A DNA stretch of 64,000 nucleotides, taken from assembly GCF_006345805.1 (NCBI RefSeq), contig NC_043002.1, forward strand, positions 97,278,001 through 97,342,000. Direction: 5' to 3'. The first letter of the stretch is position 1. Every line of letters starts with the position of its first letter. The DNA is from Octopus sinensis (Eukaryota). A model generated the notes under the pieces. The model ran no database searches, was not told where the DNA came from, and saw only the letters and a list, made by a program, of their open reading frames with translations. Below, in pieces: positions 55,533 through 64,000 of this stretch. The position numbers were made by a program, and so were the translations under genes.

Positions 55533-56017
55533 AGAGATAAGAATCAAACGTGCACGTACTTCTTGTGTGTGTTTGTGTGTATGTGTGTGCGTGTATGTGT
55601 GTGCGTGTATGTGTGTATGTGTACGTTTGTGCGTAAGTTCACTCGTTCTGATATAACATGTTTTGTCGATTTACCTCCATTTACACCCAGGGTAACTAAC
55701 TACTCGATAAAGATCGATAAAATAAATTCCCTGCGAAGTAGAAGAAAAACCTACGAGTCTATTTGCTAACCCAACAGATCCGGCTCGGGAAACTTTCTCA
55801 AAGAACGGGTTGCACCCCTAAACATATTCAAGTAAATTGTTCATTATGCGGGCTATTCAGAAAATCCCGCGAGCCGCAACTTGTCCACGATAGGAATAGA
55901 TATAGAAAAGGGAAGTTAAAGGATAATTCAATTCAAACAGTAAACCCTTCAACACTTATTTAGAGTTTTTATACATTTGCAAATGTATAACAGAGAACCA
56001 GAAAGACACGTCAACAT

Positions 56018-56430
56018 AGACGCAGGAGTGACTGTGTGGTAAGTAGCTTGCTTATCAACCACATGGTTCCTGGTTCAGTCCCACTGCGTGGCACCTTGGG
56101 TAAGTGTCTTCTACTATAGCCTCGGGCCGACTAAACCTTGTGAGTGGATTTGTTAGACGGAAACTGAAAGAAGCCCGTCGTATATATGTGTGTGTATGTG
56201 TGTGTTCGTGTGTGTGTGTGTGTGTGTGTCTGTATTTGTCCCCAAACATCGCTTGACAACCGATGCTGGTGTGTTTATGTCCCCGTAACTTAGCGGTTCG
56301 GCAAAAGAGACCGATAGAGTAAGTACTGGGCTTACAAAGAATAAGTCCTGGGGTAGATTTGCTCGACTAACGGCGGTGCCCCAGCATGGCCACAGTCAAA
56401 TGACTGAAACGAGTAAAAGAATAAAAGAAT
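56018..56430 (+). mobile_element. SINE family B, full length
   Basis: agacgcaggagtgactgtgtggtaag ... cagtcaaatgactgaaacgagtaaaaga. Confidence 0.9.
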
Positions 56431-56676
56431 GTAATAATGAAAGAAATTGTAGAGAATGTAGACTACGGTTTATTAAATGAATTTGAACAAACATTTATGT
56501 GTTCCCTATGAGAAATGGCGTCTATTTGATGATACGTTGAAGCGAGAAGCAAAATACGATGTAATTTTCCATTTTGTGTATGCTGTTAGCAGCGAGTACA
56601 TCCTTCTGGCGAAGCTCAAACAGGCGGAGATGCACATCTTGCGTTTTCGGCGTCGCTTCTGGACGATGTTCGCCTG

Positions 56677-57095
56677 CTCTTTTCTCTTTACTCTTTTACG
56701 TGTTTCAGTCATTTGACTGTGGCCATGCTGGAGCACCGTCTTTAGTCGAGCAAATCGACCCCAGGACTTATTCTTTGTAAGCCTAGTACTTGTTCTATCG
56801 GTCTCTTTTGCTGAACCGCTAAGTTACGGGGACGTAAACACACCAGCATCGGCTGTCAAGCAATGTTGTTGGGACAAATACAGACACACAAACATATATA
56901 TATATACACACACACACTCATATATATATACATGAATACAACGGGCTTCTTTCTGTTTCTGTCTATCAAATCCACTTACAAGGTTTTGGTCGGCCCGAGG
57001 CAATAGAAGACACTCGCCCAAGATGCCACGCAGTGGGAATGAACCCGGAACCATGTGGTTGGTAAGCAAGCTACTTACCACACAGCCACTCCTGC
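56677..57095 (-). mobile_element. SINE family B, full length
   Basis: Reverse complement of 56018-56430. Confidence 0.9.
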
Positions 57096-57658
57096 TGCTG
57101 ATATATTTGTATTTTTACGTTCATAAGGGATATCTCCACATTACATCCATAAGGGATATTATATCCGAACGAATACCACAGTTAATTTGTTTTTGCGATA
57201 TAGTTCCATTAAGAATGATATTTAGGCGGCTTCTTCGATCTAATTGTATTCATAACAGATCAGTGAGACACTACATAAAGTGTCTCACCAGTCAGGTTAA
57301 ATAGGAGATTTGACATTTACTAATGACTAAACTTTTGATTGGAAAGTTCAGGTAATAACTGAAATTGTCATTACGGATAGAATTCGATGCTGAATTCTTA
57401 TATCATTTTCATGGAAAATTGCTATCCTTTGATGAAGGGACAGTTAGAATCAAAGAAGATAAAATGTGAACTTGAGTGATATAGCGACTGATCAGAAGAG
57501 AGATTATTAGTACGGTTGATTTCAACCACAAGAAGCATTCAGTAATTAAATCTACGCTGTCTACTGCCAAAGTAAGAACGATATAGCTTCTCTATACGGA
57601 GAATATTATTATTCTTTTAATTTATATTCTTTAACTTGCATTTTTTTTTTAAATTGTA

Positions 57659-58074
57659 GCAGGAGTGGCTATGTGGTAAGTAGCTTGCTAACCAACCACA
57701 TGGTTCCGGGTTCAGTCCCACTGCGTGGCATCTTGGGCAAGTGTCTTCTGCTATAGCCCCGGGCCGACCAATGCCTTGTGAGTGGATTTGGTAGACGGAA
57801 ACTGAAAGAAGCCTGTCGTATATATGTATATATATATATAAGTGTGTGTGTATATGTTTGTGTGTCTGTGTTTGTCCCCCTAGCATTGCTTGACAACCGA
57901 TGATGGTGTGTTTACGTCCCCGTCACTTAGCGGTTCGGCAAAAGAGACCGATAGAATAAGTACTGGACTTACAAAGAATAAGTCTCGGGGTCGATTTGCT
58001 CGACTAAAGGCGGTGCTCCAGCATGGCCGCAGTCAAATGACTGAAACAAGTAAAAGAGTAAAAGAGTAAAGAGT
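57659..58074 (+). mobile_element. SINE family B, full length
   Basis: gcaggagtggctatgtggtaag ... gactgaaacaagtaaaagagtaaaagagtaaagag. Confidence 0.9.
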
Positions 58075-58385
58075 ATTGAAATGCAGGTATGCTAGAGCAA
58101 TGCTTTGAAGGTTTTCGAAAAATCGGACCCGGTACTTGTTTTATGAGTTTCTGACTTATTGTACTTGTATCATTATCACTGGCGATGCTCCAGCATGGCC
58201 ACAGCCTTTCGACTTAAGGTATAAAGGAATAAAAGAACAAACCGCTAAGCTACGGAGTCGTAAACAAACAACATCGTTTGTCGAACTGTTGGAAAACAGA
58301 CAGTATGTATATGTGCGTACGTATATGTATATACATCCGTGTATATATGTATACGTATATATGTGTGTGTGCATGTGTGTGTGCA

Positions 58386-58418
<33 letters not shown>

Positions 58419-58591
58419 ATGGGTGTGTGCGTGTGTATTCAACAACGTACGTTTATTATGTTATATTGGTTTCAAATTTTCTGGTATAAGGCTAGAAATT
58501 TCGAGAGAAGAGGTAACTTGATTACTTACATACATAGCAGTACTATTGATATTTATCATTTATATACAGGTATATATATATTATATATATA

Positions 58592-59297
58592 TATTAGGTT
58601 GCTTCACATGAAATGTCGCATTTTTAATTACTCGTTATTTCAGTTATTTTAAAACTCAATTATGTATACCTTGCATTTAATCTTAACTCATTTTCTTTCC
58701 TAACAATATTGGAATACAAAATTCGTACCCACAGACTTTATGAAACAATGTTCAGTGATTTTCTTGTATGAGTACAAACTGGGTCAATCTGCCGCAGAAG
58801 CGCTACGCAATATCAAGCGGGCATTTGGCAATGGTTTTTTTTTTACCTCAGAACTGTTCAGAGATGGTTCCAAAGTTCTCATTCTTATGATAGCCTTCAA
58901 AAAAAAAAAACCAAGGGGTTGGCCAAAATCAGTTATTCAGCATAATGGATTAAATGCTTTAGTTGATCAAAATCCGAGAATAAAAGTAAGAAAACTTTCA
59001 TGAGAACTCCAAACATCTCACACAACTGTTTGGACACAGGTAAAAAATTGGAAAAGTTAAGAAAACGGATAGGTTTATTCCACATCAACTGAATAAGATT
59101 TTAAAAAACACAGACGCCTCGACGTGTGCTCCTTATTAATTTCTCGACTGAAAAAAGACCATTTTTGCATCAAACCATTATTTGTGAATAGAAATGGATA
59201 CTCTTTGACAACAGCAGGAGAAGAGGACAGTGATTAGATGCAGGAGAGTCACCTAAACACTACCCTAACCCACCATTGTGCGTTAAAATTTTAGTGG

Positions 59298-59302
<5 letters not shown>
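58592..59302 (+). pseudogene. Degraded mariner 5' half (TIR-like end and N-terminal HTH to first catalytic D)
   Basis: TA-ttaggttgcttcacatgaaatgtcgc terminus; IFLYEYKLGQSAAEALRNIKRAFG, PRGWPKS, LNALVDQNPR, then ICE*KWILFDN...ESPKHYPNP (TCDEKWILYDN-like). Confidence 0.8.
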
Positions 59303-59369
<67 letters not shown>

Positions 59370-59422
59370 GTGACCACTAAAATTTTAAGGTACAATGGTG
59401 GGTTAGGGTAGTGTTTAGGTGA

Positions 59423-59459
<37 letters not shown>

Positions 59460-60082
59460 AGGCTAGTAGACACAGTCGTTAGGTCATCGGACAATTTATT
59501 TTGGTTCTCTACGTTCTGAGTTGAAACCCCACTGTGGTCAACTGTGCCTTTCATCCTTTCGGGGTCGATTAAATAAAGTACCAGGTAAGTAATGGGCTTG
59601 ATGGAATTGACTCGGTCCTCACCTCACAATTGCTTGCCTTGAGCCTTGCAACGGACCCAGTGATCTCGGTCATTTCTACGCTAGGGGAACCAGTAACTGG
59701 CCTTGGAAGTCCTAGGGCTTCAGGTAGAAATATTTAATATACGTAAGGCTGCGTAACATTATACTGAATGATTTTAATATCAGAAATAGTAACAGAGTGG
59801 TTAACTTTAGTGTTAAGAAGAATCATTAGGCGTGGTTACGTGGTAAGACACTTGCTTCTCAACCACATGGTTTCAGGTTCATTCTTCTGGCGTGGCACCT
59901 TGAGCAAGCAAGTGTCTGTACTATAGTCTCGGACTGACCAAAGTCTTGTGAATGGATTTATTAGACGGAAACTGAAAGAAGCCTGTCGTGTGTATGTATA
60001 TATGTGGGTGTAAGTATATATGTGTGTATATGGGTGCTTTTGTGTCTCCGCGTGGTTACCCGTGTTTGTAAGTATCTATATA

Positions 60083-60084
<2 letters not shown>

Positions 60085-60113
<29 letters not shown>

Positions 60114-60182
60114 ATGTATGTATGTATGTATGTATGTATGTATGTATGTATGTATGTATGTATGTATGTATGTATGTATGTA

Positions 60183-60229
<47 letters not shown>

Positions 60230-60238
60230 ATGTATGTA

Positions 60239-60275
<37 letters not shown>

Positions 60276-60763
60276 ATGTATGTATGTATGTATGCAATGT
60301 TTGTATGTATGTATGTATATATGCATGCCTTTATGTATGTATGTATGTATGTATGTATGCATGTATGTGTGTGTGTGTGTCTGTTTCTATGTATGTGTGT
60401 CTGTTTGTATGTATGTATGAATGTTTGTATGCATGTATGTATGCATGTGTGTACGTATGTATGGCTATATGTGTCTATGTATGTATGTTTGTATGTATGT
60501 ATTTATGTATCTATATATGTCTGTCCGTATGTAAGTATGTATGTATTTATGTATGTTTGTATGTCTGTATGTCTCAATGCATGTATGCTTGTCTGTCTGT
60601 ATGTATGCTTGTTTCTATGTATGTATGTATGTATGTATGTATGTATGTATGTTTGTATGTATATATGCTTGTCTGTATGTATGTGTGTGTATGTACGTAT
60701 GTATGTATGTTATAATGAATAAAGTAGCTTATAAGAAATAACGTATGTATGTAAGTATATGTG

Positions 60764-60797
<34 letters not shown>

Positions 60798-60840
60798 TGT
60801 GTGTATGTATGTATGTACGTAAATGTGTATGTATGTATTA
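60085..60840. repeat. Long degenerate (TATG)n/(TCTG)n/(TG)n compound microsatellite (others: (TA)n-rich at ~11380-11755, 44215-44610, 47580-48060; (TAGA)n at ~6030, 6700, 35180-35400, 48910; (TAG)n at ~4240, 41090)
   Basis: Directly visible. Confidence 0.97.
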
Positions 60841-61125
60841 ATATATGTCGAGGCAGACATTCTGTTGTGTGTATTTATAATCCGAGAAGCTGCAGTATCA
60901 ATAATCTACTTCCTGTGGTTATTGCAGTATGATGTGTGTGAGTGTGTGCGCGTTGAGTCGTAGTGTTCCAATGATCATTTGGCTTCCAGTCCAGTATTAA
61001 ACTCTCCTAAGTTACGATCGGTCATCTACACCCATGTACAAACCTAGTTTGGTGTCTCAAGCATTTCAGACGGATACAAAATATTTTCATGGAAACGTGA
61101 GAATCCATAAAAAGATATACGTGTT

Positions 61126-61170
<45 letters not shown>

Positions 61171-61782
61171 CTTATCCCTTGTATTAGCCATTGAACGGCG
61201 GTCATGCTTCAAGGCATTTAGTCGAAGAATTCGATAGCAGTGCTTGTATTTTATAGCCAGGCATTTATTGTATCCGGCTTCTTACTCGAACCGCTAAGTT
61301 ATGAGGACATACACAAACAAATACCGGTGGACAAACACGTGCACGAAGACAACATGCACATACACATACACACGGAAGCACACACACACACATACACACG
61401 GAAGCACACACACACACACACCACATATATATATATGTATGTATGTATATATATATATATATTATATATATATATACATACAGTTATCCCTCAGCCATGG
61501 CGGGTGTTACGTTCCAAAACCTCTCATAAAAATAATCAAGATCTAAAAATATGTATACCTATCGGCCGCAGACACAGGCGATAGAATGAGGATTCTGCGA
61601 TATAAATTTACATATATTGGCCAGAAAAATCCGCGATGTACTGAGTGCGCGATAGGTGAACCGCAATATGGTGAGGGGTTACTGTATATATATATATATG
61701 TGTGTGTGTGTGTGGTGTGTGTGTGTGTGTGCAGAACGGACTTCTTTCAGTGTCTGTTTACCAAATCCGCTCACAATCCGCT

Positions 61783-61930
61783 CTAGATTGAAAGCTTTTA
61801 CAATCTAGGGGCAACTTTACAATCTAGTTGTCTAATTGTAACTAGATTAGACAACTAGATTGTAAAGTTGTTTAGAGGCAGCTTTACAATCTAAAGTTGC
61901 CTCTAGATTGTAAAGCAACTTTACAATCAG
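61783..61930. repeat. Nested palindrome cluster of the motif CTTTACAATCTAG
   Basis: Perfect 25-bp arms at 61812-61836 and 61846-61870, plus further inverted copies. Confidence 0.92.
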
Positions 61931-62429
61931 AAATGGCAAATGTCTATTGACAATATGGCTGCATGCTTTGATGAATAAATTTATCCTTTGTATTTATAAA
62001 ACATTACCAAACATTTTTTTTTCCTTTTCTACAAATGTCATACATGACGACCTAATACATATGTGAGTAACGAAGAGGTACAAGTGTCAATTCATACGGC
62101 CGTATATAACGATTCCTTTAATTGATTAATAAGAGCATTACATCATTGCAAACAAACCGTTTTCGTCCGATGAATTTATAATCTTTAAATATAAAGTACA
62201 TTCGAACTTATTCAACATAGTTAACAAATTCCCAGAGTAAACATATTTACATAAATCCCGCTAACATTCACTTAACAGAATGAACATATCAGGACAGTGT
62301 ATATTTTTGTCAGAACAAAGAAGAATTTAGGGATTATTAGAGTTTATAGTAGAGGGAAAAGGTAATTGACACAAGTAAGTTGTTATTTGTATTGGTCAGT
62401 GGTGAGACAAGTAATTAATGCCAGGCCAG

Positions 62430-62497
<68 letters not shown>

Positions 62498-62501
<4 letters not shown>

Positions 62502-62701
62502 GGAGTGGACCCACGCAGTTGTCGAGTGGTACCGTGCGAGCGGAAAAGAGTACCCGGAAGACCTCCACGACGGTAGAATTACGGTTTCAGGAGGACGATT
62601 GGGATCACGTGGATGAGAAAGGCGCGATCCAGAGAGGAGTGGACAGCGTGCTGTGACCAGCGGTGTCAAATGGACGCCTGACGGACTGGTCGGTAAGGTG
62701 A
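62498..62701 (+). pseudogene. RTE-clade LINE 3' end inserted in (TA)n
   Basis: EWTHAVVEWY (frameshift) PCERKRVPGRPPRR*...ITWMRKARSREEWTACCDQR; (TA)n on both sides. Confidence 0.75.
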
Positions 62702-62779
62702 TATATATATATATATATATATATGAATTTATGAATTTGTGTTTCAAGGTTCCGGATGTGAAACCGTGAGTTGAAACAG

Positions 62780-63113
62780 ATATTGCATTTCGGTATGGTC
62801 ATGTTCATTGTTTGTTTGTTTTTTCGCAAATAAACACACGCACTGTATATTCGTTCTTCGTTTGTTGCTGTTCTTATTCTAACTCATGTCATTGTGTGTG
62901 CTCTTACTCTGCTTAGTCCTTTGAACTAAGCGGACCTAGAGCACACACGAAAACGGGAAGTATCGCTGATGAGGTCACAGATGTGGGACGAAAGATTTCC
63001 GGACAATGGATGTGAGCTAGAATAAGAAGAGTAGTAACCGAGTGAAGAACGAATATATAATGCATCTGTTATTTTGCAAAAAATAAAAATGACCGTCCCG
63101 AATGCAACAATAT
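62780..63113 (+). mobile_element. ~335-bp element with ~115-bp imperfect inverted arms and a central hammerhead (inverted pLTR pair or retrozyme-like)
   Basis: 62780-62895 aligns by eye with the reverse complement of 63003-63113 (shared blocks tatattcgttcttc, ttcttattcta, ggtcat, attgt). The hammerhead core lies at 62966-62999. Confidence 0.7.
62962..63003 (+). ncRNA. Minimal type I hammerhead-like motif
   Basis: atcg-CTGATGA-ggtcac(agat)gtgggac-GAAA-gatt-TC-cgga. Both cores are canonical, stem II is about two substitutions/indels from gtcccac/gtgggac, and stem I is tcg/cgg. Confidence 0.65.
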
Positions 63114-63184
63114 ATATAAATATATAGATAGATAGATAGATAGATAGATAGATGATAGATAGATAGATAGATAGATAGATGATG

Positions 63185-63240
<56 letters not shown>

Positions 63241-63394
63241 ATATATATGCGTGTGTATCTTGTGTCTGGGCTTGTCCCCCTTTCCATCACTGACATACAT
63301 ATATAATATATATATATATATATATAATATATATATATATATAGATATAGATATAGATACATATATATATATATATATTATTGTGGACTGGTGA

Positions 63395-63545
63395 GAGTCA
63401 TTCTCTTTCGGTGCTTTATTACTTAACACACTAAGCGGTTTGATTTCCATTCATTTATTTATTTTTTTTAGAAAAAATGATAAATGAGTGGAAATCGAAC
63501 CGGTGAGTGTGTTAAATAATAAGGCACTAAAAGAGAACGACTCTC
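63395..63545. repeat. ~150-bp imperfect palindrome; one arm is related to a dispersed repeat at ~7075-7170
   Basis: gagagtcattctcttt...ttaacacact...gatttcca pairs with tggaaatc...agtgtgttaa...aaagagaacgactctc. 7075 has gtcgttctcttttagtgccttattaatttaacacact. Confidence 0.75.
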
Positions 63546-64000
63546 CCCAAAAATGCTTCAACACAAGAATTCACATAAGGAATCCTGCAAACGAAATACA
63601 TGTTATATATATATAATAGTTGGCGAGAGTAATGAAAGAAAATTATTCATTGCTACACAAAAGAACAGTAGTGTAAATTTGCAGCACTATGAGCAGCTGC
63701 GTGGGCGTCAAGTCACACAGTTTTCCATTTCAGGTAACCACGCTGGAAACCAAAACAAAAACGTGCTGATCAACATTATTCCCACGCAAACAAATAAGTC
63801 GTTGCCTGTCATGGTTTCAGCTACGAAATGTGTGTCTGCATGTGTAATTCTAAGTATGTATGCGTGTATAAGTGTGAGCATGTATGTATGTATTCATGTG
63901 TTTGTGTGTGTGTATAAGTGTGAGCATGTATGTATGTATTCATGTGTTTGTGTTAGTATATATATATATATATATATAATATTTTCGGTATGTGGTTTAA

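Overview
Strongly AT-rich animal genomic DNA, very rich in microsatellites ((TA)n, (TG)n, (TAGA)n, (TATG)n, (TAG)n, (CT)n). The repeat families look like those of Octopus (coleoid cephalopod); this is inference from recall, not a database hit. No intact host protein-coding gene can be supported, and almost all ORF-track entries are low-complexity or repeat artefacts. The window is a transposon graveyard. It holds three tRNA-headed SINE families (about 30 copies or fragments), four non-autonomous Helitrons, two mariner remnants and a mariner-type MITE. It also holds 3' fragments of L1/Tx1, RTE (2) and R4/Dong-like RLE LINEs (2), and a 4.2-kb 5'-truncated Penelope-like element (PLE) with an RT-thumb remnant, an open GIY-YIG endonuclease frame and a clean type I hammerhead ribozyme. 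The most notable unexplained pattern is at least six sequence-unrelated modules built as 'minimal hammerhead-like core, then 80-200 nt tail, then (TA)n tract'. Several of these lie in inverted or tandem configurations, including a 1.3-kb palindrome and a ~335-nt rod-like element with a central hammerhead. A second pattern is short locally templated insertions and fold-back palindromes, several landing in SINE hairpins.
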